Shown here in pieces: positions 11,458-22,498 of a stretch of DNA of 64,000 nucleotides. The position numbers and the translations under genes were made by a program. Below the pieces are notes generated by a model. The model was not told the DNA's origin and made no database searches. It saw nothing but the letters and a program-made list of their open reading frames with translations. Position 1 is the stretch's first letter. Every line of letters begins with the position of its first letter. The stretch comes from Pristiophorus japonicus (Eukaryota): NCBI RefSeq assembly GCF_044704955.1, contig NC_091992.1:111848001-111912000 (forward strand). The letters are read 5' to 3'.

Positions 11458-14400
11458 AGTGCCGCTTCATACAGTATGTATGCAGAGGGTGTGTGAAGAC
11501 ACGGCATCTTCAGCGGAGCAAGCGAGCTGTGACACACCACGTGGATGATGATCAATCCAGCATGGATCTGGCGATGCAGCCCGACGCATTTAAGAGCTCC
11601 GAGGAGGAAGTGTATAGCGTACATGCGTTCCTAACAAAGAGCCAACCGATAATGATGGAGGTAAAAGTTGGAATTAGACACGGGTGAGAGTCAATCGATA
11701 ATGAGCCAGAGAACTTTCGAAAAGCTGTGGGAGACCAAGGCAGAGAGACCCAAGCTGAGTCCAATAAATGCGAAGTTGCGTACCTATGCCAAAGAGCTCA
11801 TACCAGTGATCGGTCGTGCAGCAGTAAAAGTGTCGTACGAAGGAGCGGTTCATGATCTACCATTAAGGATTATCCCGGGCAACGTCCCATCGTTATTCAG
11901 CAGGAGTTGGCTCGAGAAAATAAAATGGAAATGGTACAATATCAAAGCTTTGTCATCAGCGGATGATGATTTGTGTGCTCAAGTGCTGAGCAAATTTCCC
12001 TCACTGTTTGATTGGGGAATTGGCAGCTTCAAGGGAGCCATGGTGCAGATTCACCTAGGCCCAGGCGCAAGGGCCATCCATCACAAAGCCAGGGCAGTCC
12101 GGCACATGGTGAGAGAAAAGGTCGAGCTCGAATTGGACAGGCTATAACGTGAGGGGGTCATCTCACCGGTTGAATTTAATGAATGGGCCAGTCCAATTGT
12201 TCCGGTGTTAAAGGGCGACGGCACGGTCAGGATTTGTGGACACTACAAGGTCACGATCAACCAAGTTTCGAAACAAGATCAGTACCCGCTACCGAAAGCT
12301 GATGACCTGTTTGCAACGCTAGCCGGGGGAAAATCGTTCACCAAATTGGATCCAACATCGGCCTACATGACCTGGTTGAATCATCAAAGAAACTTACGTA
12401 CATCAACACACACAAAGGACTGTTTATTTACAACAGGTGTCCTTTTGGCATTCGTTCAGCGACAGCCATATTTCAGAGAAACATGGAGAGCCTATTGAAA
12501 TCCGTCCCCAGTACCGTGATATTCCAAGACGACATCCTAGTCACAGGTAGTGACATCGCCGAGCACCTGCACAATCTGGAAGAGGTTCTGCGTCGTCTGG
12601 ACAAAGTGGGACTCAGGCTGAAACATTCAAAGTGCTTTTGCATGGCACCAGAGTTCGAATTCCTTGGACAAAAGATTGCTGCAGACGGAATCAGGCCTAC
12701 AGATACGAAAACAGAGGCCATCAAAAATGCGCCCAGACCCCAGAATGTGACGGAGCTGCATTCGTTCCTGGGTCTTCTCAACTACTTCGGTAACTTCTTA
12801 CCCAAATTGAGCATAGTATTAGAGCCTTTGCACAAACTGCTCAGGAAAGGAGATGACTGGGTGTGGGGTGAACTTCAAGACAGAGCCTTTGTGAAGGCTA
12901 GAAATCTGTTGTGTTCCCACAAGCTACTGATACTGTATGACCCATGCAAGTGTCTAGTTTTGACCTGTGATGCGTCGTCCTATGGGGTCGGCTGCGTACT
13001 CCAGCAAACCAATGAGTCAGGCAAACTACAACCAGTTGCATATGCATCTCGAAGCCTGTCCAAGGCGGAAAGAGCTTACGGCATGGTAGAGAAAGAGGCT
13101 TTAGCATGTCTTTATGGGGTAAATAAAATGCACCAGTGCCTGTTTGGGCTTCACTTCGAGCTGGAAACCGATCACAAGCCGTTTATATCGTTGTTCTCGG
13201 AACATAAAGGTATCAATACCAACGCCTCGTCCCACATCCAGAGGTGGGCGCTGACATTATCTGCCTATGATTATGTCATTCGCCATAGACCAGGCACCGA
13301 CAACTGCGCTGATGCATTGAGCCGGTTACCGTTGTCCACACCGGAGGTGGAAACGCCAATGCCCGCAGAGCTACTTATGGTCATGGATGCCTTTGAGAGT
13401 GAAGGGTCACCTGCCACGGCTCAACAAGTTAAGACCTGGACCAACCAGGATCCGACCCTATCGGTTGTAAAACATTGTGTTCTTAACGGGGACTGGTCGA
13501 CCATCTCCAAGGAAATGGGTGATGAAACCAAACCGTACAGCCGTCGCAAAGATGAGCTTTCCATCTAGTCCGACTGTTTACTGTGGGGTAATTGTGTTGT
13601 AATGCCCAAGAAAGGCAGAGCGAGATTTGTATGGGAGGTTCATAGTACGCATCCCGGTATTGTCATGATGAAGGCCATCGCCAGGTCCCATGTTTGGTGG
13701 TCTGGCATTGACTTGGACTTAGAGTCATGTGTGCATCAGTGCAGCACTTGCATGCAGTTAAGCAATGCCCCAAAGGAAGCTCCGCTCAGTCTGTGGTCAT
13801 GGCCATCCAAACCATGGTCTAGAATGCACATTGACTTTGCGGGCTCCTTCCTCGGTAAAATGTTTTTTGTGGTAGTGGATGTGTACTCCAAATGAATAGA
13901 ATGCGTGATCATGTCATCCGGCACTTCCACTGCCACCATTGAGAACCTGAGAGCCATGTTTGCCACACATGGTCTGCCAGACATCGTTGTCAGCGACAAC
14001 GGATCATGTTTCACGAGCCTGGAGTTTCAAGAGTTCATGAAATGCAACGGCATAAAACACGTAAGGTCAGCCACGTTCAAACCCACGTCCAATGGTCAAG
14101 CGGAGCGGGCAGTTCAAACCATCAAGCAGAGCCTGAAATGCAGTCACTGTTCCTTTCAGGCACGCCTGTCACACATACTGCTCAGTTACAGGACAAGGCC
14201 ACACATGCTCACCGGGGTCCCGCCTGCGGAACTACTGATGGAGAGGCCTCAAAACCAGGCTCTCTCTAGTTCATCCTGACATTAACGATCATGTCGAAAC
14301 CCGATGTCAACACCAGCAGTGGTATCACGACCGCGCCGCCGTGTCACGTGACATATCTGTAAACGACCCAGTGTGTGTACTTAACCATGGTCAAGGGCCC

Positions 14401-14743
14401 AAGTGACTCCCGGGCAATGTTACGGATAAGGAGGGTAACCGGATATATATGTTTAAGCTCAAGAATGGGCAGCTGTGCAGGAAACACATTGATCAAATCA
14501 AGCTAAGACACACTGACGAACCAGAACTGTTGGAAGAAGACACCGCGAGCTTAGGCGACCAACCAACTCACGTCCAGCCATCAGAAGAACCCACTGTGGT
14601 CAACGCCCAGCCCCAAGTCGTGAAAGACTCGGAAAGCACTGGGATTGTACTGAGACAGTCAACCAGGGAGCGAAGGGCTCTGGACCGTCTGAACTTATAA
14701 TATGGACTTGTGTCAAGAACTTGGGGGGGGGTTGGGGAAATGA

Positions 14744-14954
14744 TGTCATGTATGTACATAAGGTCTGCCCACCACCAGAGGGCACTATTGTTGGAAGTCC
14801 TAGGGTCATAGGTACACTCATGCTGGGCCCAGTTTTGAACCTGAACTTCACCTTTGTATCTTCACTTCTGGAAGCCATTAAAGACTGACCAGGTCTCACT
14901 GGCTCACAGTACGGAGTTCATTACATCACTCTTATGGTGTATGAAATGATACAA
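14744..14954 (+). repeat. 3' LTR of element A (terminal 34 bp including TSD inverted)
   Basis: Follows PPT; matches 6200-6406. Confidence 0.9.
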
Positions 14955-14984
14955 AGAAAATGCATGGACAGGTTACCATTGCTC

Positions 14985-15245
14985 CCAAGTCTCAAGGCGC
15001 TTCACAAGAGTATCATGAGATAAAAATTTGACACTGAGCCACATAAATAGAAATTAGCTTGGTCAAAGAGGTAGGTTTTAAGGAGTTCCAGAGCTTGGGG
15101 CCGAGGCAACAGAAGGCACGGCCACCAATGGTTGAGCGATTATAATCAGGGATGCTCAAGAGGGCAGAATTAGAGGAGCGCAGACATCCCGGGGGGTTGT
15201 GGAACTGGAGGAGATTACAGAGATAGGGAGGGGCGAGGCCATGGA
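14985..15245 (-). mobile_element. L2-type LINE 3' fragment
   Basis: Reverse complement of the repeat at 17294-17615 and 23280-23560; similar to 40935-41395. Confidence 0.65.
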
Positions 15246-15350
15246 AAAGATGTAAAACAGTGCTCAGTACTGCTGTCTGAAATGTCCTTCCATTCTATTC
15301 CGTTCTGGTTCAAGAGACCAGAATGGCTTTGCTGTAATAAAAGCTCTTAC

Positions 15351-15377
15351 TTGGTAAAGCTGGAACATCAGATTACC
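15351..15377 (-). CDS. Candidate 27-nt phase-0 microexon (GNLMFQLYQ) of an unidentified host gene
   Basis: Minus strand tttctcactgtctttag|GGTAATCTGATGTTCCAGCTTTACCAA|gtaaga; only phase 0 is stop-free; lies in non-repeat sequence. Confidence 0.35.
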
Positions 15378-15826
15378 CTAAAGACAGTGAGAAATTCTTT
15401 GTTTGAACATCCAGCTCTCAATGACAGTTAAAATTAATTGATGCCAAAAAAGAAATCATTTTATTGTAATACAATGTCTTGAACAAGTTCTGCTAATTAA
15501 AATTCCTGCAGTATTTCTAAAATACAATTATTGAACTAGGATACTGATCCCCGGAGTAGCATTACAATATGGCTGCACAATGCAGTAATGGAATGTAAAG
15601 CTGGGAGCACTTGCACAGGGCTGTGCTATAAAATAAATCAAATGTGTTACTGGGATAGACTTCTGGAAGAAACATCAAAAATAACTTTACTTATTTGTTT
15701 GCCTTCGAAAGAAAGGAGATGGTAACATCTTCGACTAACCCAGGGACACTGTTCCTCCAAACCTCAATTGTAAAATTCTCATCCTTGTTTTCAAACTCCT
15801 CGATGGCCTCACCCCACCCTATCTCT

Positions 15827-17290
15827 GGGCTCAAAATTGGCCAGGAGTTGCTCCGTTTTTTTTGGAGCAACGTGATTTTTCTGGAGTATCTTAAAAATCC
15901 ACATTTTGCACATTTAATTTGCGCCAGTGTAAGTGAGTTCATAAGATTTTTTTTTCAAAAGGGGCGTTACCAGCCACCTATGCTTGTTTTGGCCATTTAG
16001 GCCACTTTGGACAACTAATAGTTACTCCAAACTAACTTAGGCCAGCATATGTGGCCACTTCTGAACACCCTTGCAGAGAGTTAAGAAATTAGCGCAGGTA
16101 GGTACATCGGAGACCAGCACAACTTAATGACTTGACTAAAGAATGTGAATAGGATCAAACAGCTATACAGGACATCATATGACAAACTTCGCAAAGTTAA
16201 TTTACTATACAACAGAAGCATTCGTGGAAGCTTAAACTACAAAAATAAAAGAAGGGTAGCTAATGTAAACAACTATTTGTTTGCAATGATTATACTGGGC
16301 CAAAATTGAGCCTATATTATCTAAATAAAGTCTACTTCAATAAATAAGATATTCTCTCAGTGTTCCTCTGTCACTTATGTTCTTCTTTCACAATAGCACC
16401 AGGTGAATAGGCTTGACAAATAGTCACTACTATTCACAAGAGACAAAATATATTGATATAATTTTTTCAAAATATCCAAAAGTCCAGGAAAATGACAAGC
16501 CTTTCAGAAAGTTCAAAAATAGTTACAGTGCATAAAATGTCAAACCTGAGGTCGATCGCACCGGGAGGCCACTCGGCTAGGGCTAGGGGCGGGCATCAGG
16601 TCCCACACACACAGCGGCTGCAGCACGCTGTAAGCAGATTTCTTCTCTCCTCCTCTCTTCTTCCACATAACGCCACCGATGACCAGAGCAATCAGGGCGA
16701 CGGCAGCAATCACAATTCCAACAATCAAACCGAGATTTGTTCCCTTTGGAGATCCTGGAGTCACTCGGAACGTCCCATCCCAGTCTCAGTTCTTCACTCC
16801 TGTATTGGCACTCTGCTCATACTGACAGTAACAGGTGGCTCCATCCTCGGGTTCGATCTCAGCCCATCTCGTCAGCTGGTAGGTTCCGTCGTGGTTGGGC
16901 AGAATGCCACTGGATTCCGTGTCCATGATCGGCTCGCGATTTCTTACGAGGGTGACTTCGATATCACGAGAGTAAAAGCCCGTGTCGAAGCAGGAGAGTT
17001 GGGTCGGTTTAATATTTGGCCACTCAGCCTGGGATGGGGGCGGGACACACACAGAGATGCTGGGGGCGAGGAGCTACTGTGCATGCGCGCACACGCCAAT
17101 GCACATGTGCAGACGTCCCGGCACTATTTTCAGTGTGGGACACTGGCTCTGCCCCCGGCTCGACTGGCCACGCTGTGCGAAGACCCGGGAGAGGCCGGAC
17201 AGTGGCCAAAGTCAGGACGTCTTTTTTCGTCGAAAAGCTGCGCAACTCGGGTGAGTGTGCCAAAAATCGTCATGGGCCAATTTTGAGCCC
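15827..17290. mobile_element. Non-autonomous PIF/Harbinger-type TIR element carrying captured cargo (Pack-TIR-like)
   Basis: Perfect 16-bp TIR GGGCTCAAAATTGGCC (15827-15842) and GGCCAATTTTGAGCCC (17275-17290); 3-bp TSD TCT; subterminal similarity to 19063-19844; TIR related to 55290-57999. Confidence 0.9.
16618..17017 (-). pseudogene. Intron-less MHC class I heavy-chain fragment (alpha3 Ig-C1, connecting peptide, TM, cytoplasmic start)
   Basis: One frame: NIKPTQLSCFDTGFYSRDIEVTLVRN...SSGILPNHDGTYQLTRW...CYCQYEQSANTGVKN*DWDGTFRVTPGSPKGTNLGLIVGIVIAAVALIALVIGGVMWKKRGGEKKSAYSVLQ. Class I alpha3 motifs, a TM segment, a basic stop-transfer and a cytoplasmic Tyr. Single TGA at 16788-16786. Confidence 0.88.
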
Positions 17291-18988
17291 TCTGTAACTT
17301 CCTCCAGCCCGCTCCTCCAATTCTGGCCTCTTGCACATCCCCTATATTAATCACTCCACCATTGGCAGCTGTCTTTTCAGCTGCCTAGGCCCTAAATTCT
17401 GGAGTTCCCTCCCTACATCGCTCTCTCTCTCTCTCTACCTCTACCTCTATCTCTCTTTCCTCCTTTAAGACGCTCCTTAAAACCTGCCTCTTTTGGTCAT
17501 CTGCCCCAATATCTCCTTGTGGCTTGGGGTCAAATTTTGTTTCATAATGCTCCTGTGAAGCACCTTGGGACATTTTACTACATTAAAGACGCTATATATG
17601 CAAGTTGATGTTGTTAATATCCCGTATTTATTTTTAACAAAATGCAAAATATGACCTGGAGAGATTGATGGTTTTTGAAAAATAATCCAAGAAGATAAAT
17701 TCTAAATCCTAATTCCATTTTGAGTCTCCACATTTAACAGGATCCTGGGACAGCTTGACAATTAACAAAAAGACAAACAGTTAATAAAACATAACCTGAT
17801 GTTTTATTTTGAGTTAGATTAAGCAGCGTGATCCGAGCAATGATATTTTTCTGTAAAAATGCACTCATTTTTCAAAATGTCAGGCTTCTGTAAACAAGCA
17901 GCATGTATATTTTCTCTCACTTCCTCTCACATAAGCCATGCCTTATGGCTTTTTTTCAAATCAATTAGTTGCGCATAACAGATATAAATTAATTAGAAAA
18001 AGTCTTCATTTGGATCTTCAATACTGCAGTTTATTCATTTATTTAGGCCTGTCATTTGTGTAATTGGAGTATATGAAGACTTTTTGAAAGCCCATTATTG
18101 CTACATTATCAGACCCATCAATGGAACACAAAAGTCACTGGCTGTCCATAGTCTTGCCTGCCTGAACTTGGTGTGTATGGTATTTTGTCATCTAGCAGTT
18201 TGCACTCAGGTGATCATGTGGGAGGAAAAGCTGTTGTGCAGCTTCCTTCAACATCTCTTGTCTCCATGTCTAACCTCAGCTGGCATCAGTGGCCCAAATT
18301 CTCTAACTCGCTGTTAGATCTCTTAATTTCCAATGAAATACGAACTCCGATTGTAATTTTAATGTAACTTTATTCTGGCAGCAGCAACAAGCTCTTGGCT
18401 TTAAGCCAGGCCTTTGTCCTTCTGAGACCACATGGCCAAAATGGCTGTACTTATACCTGGTTCAATTTACAGAAAAGAACACGCCTTCTTTGACCTTATT
18501 GGCTCAATTGATAGTCTGTTAACCTTTTAATTGGCTCACTACCAAAGGTCCTAAAATGTCAAGTTGATTGATGACTTAATGCAATGTGGTCTGTGTTTTT
18601 TCAAAACTGCAGCCAGGCTGCAGAGCTTGAATTCTCTATCGCCCATCAAAAGAGAAGCCTTGGTAGTCAGGGGAGAAAGGTGAAAGGAAAACAAATTGAA
18701 TTTGATTATTCATGAACCAAAATTAGAAAAAAAAACACATTTAATTTGACCCTGATTTGAGAACCCAACCAAATCATAGCATCCCCCAGTATTCTCCTGA
18801 AAGCCCTAACCAATGCTGGGTTACAATTCCACAGGGGCTGGAAACCCTCCATCAGCTTACCCCATTCTTCATACATGAGCCGCAGATAGCGAATGGGCAG
18901 AGTCACCATATCCAAGCCTGGTCATGTCTTTGCCCGACATGCGCACACTTTCTCAGACAGGTCACTGGGCAGCATTTCAGATGGAGCC

Positions 18989-19062
18989 TGTAATGAATAC
19001 ACCTGTGAGTATGCTCACAGGTTTTTGTGAATGCCAATCACGTGATGTTCACAAGACTCAAT
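18989..19062 (+). repeat. 5' fragment of an LTR of the same family as the split LTR at 28968-28921 plus 21656-22498
   Basis: TGTAATG start, CACCTGTGAGTATGCTCACAGG palindrome, then CACGTGATGTTCACAAGACTCAAT; truncated by the adjacent MITE. Confidence 0.8.
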
Positions 19063-19844
19063 GGGCTCAAATTTCCCCAACACCTTATTCTGGCGCCCGC
19101 ACTAAAGGTGAAAGGGGGCATTCCCAGACACTTACGCCAGTTTTGGCCATTTATGCCACTTTGGACAGCAAAAACTTACTCCAAATCCACTTAGGTCAGC
19201 GTATGCGGCCAGCTGTGAAAAAGCAGCGCACATTCAGCAGACATTAGGGCAGGGATAGGGGAGGGAAGGGAACTGGAGAGGACCTCAACAACCAAGCAGC
19301 AAACATTAAGGAAAAGCTCAAACCAATAAAATACAATTAATAAAAGAAGCAAATCCTACCCTAGCTTTAAAGTCTGTCTGGAAAGGCTGCGGACCACCTG
19401 TGTGTGAGGCCATTTGGCCTGGGATAGGGGAGGCAAGATGCACTGGAGAAGTGCGAGCTCGTGGACCGGAAAAGTTGCAGCTGCTGGATCTGCGTGTTTC
19501 ATCACAGGGGCAGGGGGGGGGTGGCGGTGAGCCCGCCGAGCGACCGGAGATGCGATGCTCTTTAAAAATGGTATAGAGTGCCAAGTTTTCTCTCTCTCCT
19601 GCGCATGCTCACACGTCGGGGCTGGTACCACTGCGTATGCGCGAAGGTGCCGGCACTGTATTCGGCGACGGCGTTTGGGTCCGCCCCCCCCCCCCCACTT
19701 CACCATCAACACCACGCCAGGACTCCGGGGACTGTACACAGCGGCCAGGATGGGGCGAGTTTTTCCCGGCACTGTTTCCAGCGCGCAAAGTTGGCGCGCT
19801 GGAGGCCAGTGCGCCAACAAAACTGCTTGGGGAAAATCTAGCCC
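19063..19844. mobile_element. Non-autonomous Harbinger-type element (sister of 15827-17290, without MHC cargo)
   Basis: Imperfect TIR GGGCTCAAATTTCCCC and GGGGAAAATCTAGCCC; 19115-19215 aligns with 15961-16063; no TSD. Confidence 0.8.
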
Positions 19845-20764
19845 GTAGTGTGCACCCTAGCCTGGGGTACGGAGGACAATTGCTGAACAATTACTGCTGC
19901 CCCAGGTGATATCGGCTAACTCGGCACAGGCCCAGAATCAAGCCTACTGTACCATTATGATGGCTCAGAACTGCACTGGCATTTACCAACCATGCCATGG
20001 GGGAAAAGTTCCCCAACCTGGTTTTTAAAGTATGTGGTTTTGTATATAGTCTTCGTGACCCCAGTCGCTACATTCAACTATACACTAAAGAAAACTTCTG
20101 ACACCGTGCAGGATTCCCCCTGCATTGCCTGAGTTTATTGCAAGTGTTACTAATCTTAACCGTCATGAAGGGAAGCATTAACTCTCAGCTGTCCTAATCT
20201 AATTGGCATGTCCCATTTTTGAAGGCCAACTTTAGCCTTGTCTTATTCATCATACTTTAGATCAAGCTTCCCAGAGTTTTAAATACCTTCCAAGCCTCAG
20301 ACTGTCAGCCGCAAGATGGCCGTTTTAAGAATCAATTCACGCCGTTTTAATATTCCAAGTTGTGACACATGGCAACGTGCCACTGAATTTAGTCGTTTGT
20401 CCCAGATTTTCAGGTTGAGAGGTACCAACTAGATACCCGGCATCTCCTCGTAGAGAAGGGAGGCAGAAAAGAATGCCGCTTCAGATTGCTCTCATACATC
20501 TGTTTGTGGGCAGCTCATGTGTGAGCACCATTAGCAGAGCCTGTCAGCAACGTGCCCAGCCATCCTGTAAAGCCATCACTTACTGTACAGCAATATGTTG
20601 TTAAATAAATAGACAAAGTATTTTTACTATGCGATAAGTCACATGCCCACACAGCCATAAGACATGTACAAACATGCCCAGACATAAAATATTGCAATAA
20701 AGCTAGAAAAAGTATTGCTCAGTCACTACCAGCAATAATAACAGCTAAACCTGGCTGATCCACT

Positions 20765-21655
20765 TCAGTTCTGCGCGGAGGGGTCTCCTGTACGAGCTGC
20801 TCCTGCACACTCTCCACCTTGCCATCCTCGTCTGCCGTTCGGACACGCCATGGTGCACTATCTTGCCGTCCGGAGGAGGTGGGGGTCCCCGATGGAGTGC
20901 ACTCTACGCGGGAGTCCTCCCTCTATTTATCGGGGACTTGGCCTGGAGGGTGGTGCACGGAGCAGTCCTGTGCAATAAATTTTTAAGTCGGTTCACGGGC
21001 TCCCAGGCCGCCTGCAATTTCTGCGGTCTGGAGGAGTCCGTGTTCCATGTTTTTATGGAGTGTGCGAGGTTGCAGCCCCTATTCCACTATTTAAAGGGGC
21101 TGCTCCTCAAATTTTGTCCCACACTCCTGATCTTTGGGCACCCTGTGCGGAGGGGAGCGGGTAGGTCCGAGGGTCTCCTCGTAGGACTGCTCCTGGGCAC
21201 GGCCAAGGGGGCCATCAGCCGGTCCAGGCAGCAGGCGGTCGAGGAGGTCGTTCAGCCCGACTGCCTGCCTCTCTTCCGCACGTACATCCGGGCCAGGGTG
21301 TTCCTGGAGATGGAGCACGCGGTGTCCACCGGTACGCTCATGGCCTTCCGAGAGAGGTGGGCGCCGGAGGGACTGGAGTGCATCATCACCCCCGGCAACC
21401 AAATTTTTATTTGATTTTATATGTTTTAAAGTTTAATCTGTTTACTGTGCTGGGTTTTAGTGTCCCCCTCCCCTTTTAGCCAGGGGGCACTTGCATAATT
21501 TGTGGTTTTAGTGCCCAAAAAAACCCACAAACACCCCCCCCCAAAAAAAAGGGCACTTGAAAACTGTTTGGAGTGTCCACCACCACCTTCATCCCCCCCC
21601 GCCCTTAATCAGGGGGCACTTGATTTAATATTTGTTTTGTTCTCAACAAAAGAGT
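20765..21655 (+). mobile_element. Tx1-clade LINE 3' part (ORF2 C-terminal zinc finger and 3' UTR)
   Basis: WRVVHGAVLCN...CNFCGLEESVFHVFMECARL; 3' UTR with repeated GGGGCACTTG. Confidence 0.88.
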
Positions 21656-22498
21656 TGTAGAGCTGTTGTATTGTGAGTGCCAGTCACGTGATGTTCACAA
21701 GACTCAATAAAACCCCAGTCAGTTAGGTCTAGGTCATCCACGATGAGGTATGCAGTTGTGAGCCTCGTGGATGAACTGGTAATGTGTAGTGTGATTGTTA
21801 AACGTCTGTTAATAAACCAACTAGTTCTTAATAGCAATGTGGTGTTATGAAATCTTAAGCAAGGTCATCATAGGCAGTCCCTCGAAATCGAGGAAGATTT
21901 GCTTCCACTCTAAAAGTGAGTTCTTGGGTGACTGAATAGTCCAATATGGGAATTATAGTCTCTGTCACAGGTGGGACAGACAGTCGTTGAAGGAAAGGGT
22001 GGGTGGAGAGTCTGGTTTGCCACACGCTCCTTCTGCTGCCTGCGCTTGTTTTCTGCATGCTCTCGGTGACGAGACTCGAAGTACTCAGCGCCCTCCCGGA
22101 TGCTCTTCCTCCATTTAGGGTGGTCTTTGGCCAGGGACTCCCAGATGTCGGTGGGGATGTTGCATTTTATCAAGGAGGCTTTGAAGCGTTTCCTCTGCCT
22201 ACCTGGGGCTCGCTTGCCGTGTAGCAGTTCGAAGTAGAGCGCTTGCTTTGGGAGTCCTGTGTCAGGCATGCGAACAATGTGGCTCGCCCAATGGAGCTGG
22301 TCGAGTGTGGTCAGTGCTTCGATGCTGGGGATGTTGGCCTGATCGAGAACACTTACGTTGGTGCATCTGTCCTCCCAGGGGATTTGCAGGATCTTGCGGA
22401 GACATCATTGGTGGTATTTCTCCAGCGATTTGAGGTGTCTACTGTACATGGTCCATGCCTCTGAGCCATACAAGAATCCATGAAGCAAATACATTACA
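21656..22498 (+). repeat. 3' part of solo LTR (interrupted by RTE 21865-22470)
   Basis: Continues the sequence seen at 18989-19062; ends TACATTACA followed by TSD TTTTC. Confidence 0.82.
21865..22470 (-). mobile_element. RTE-clade LINE, 5'-truncated
   Basis: MPDTGLPKQALYFELLHGKR...CPTCDR C-terminus and (ATG)n tail. Confidence 0.9.

Larger units (their letters stand above)
6200..14954 (+). mobile_element. Ty3/Gypsy element A (full span, gag interrupted by nested element B)
   Basis: LTRs 6200-6406 and 14744-14954; PBS TGGCGACGAGG 6409-6419; PPT 14723-14740. gag 6443-7188 resumes at 11463. Protease (MELDTGESQS), RT (FQDD), RNaseH (CDAS) and integrase (SDNG) in 11668-14700. TSD AGAGT. Confidence 0.95.
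15730..17615 (+). mobile_element. L2-type LINE 3' fragment split by the Harbinger-type element (halves ~15730-15826 and 17294-17615)
   Basis: Joining the halves restores CCCTATCTCTGTAAC.TCCTCCAG; the same motif occurs uninterrupted on the minus strand at ~15205-15232. Confidence 0.8.

Noticed and set aside
16540-17052. Functional MHC class I gene
   Set aside because: No leader, alpha1 or alpha2, an internal stop, and both ends run into transposon sequence.
16492-17286. 264-aa plus-strand ORF
   Set aside because: Antisense shadow of the MHC frame plus GC-rich element sequence; no recognisable domain.
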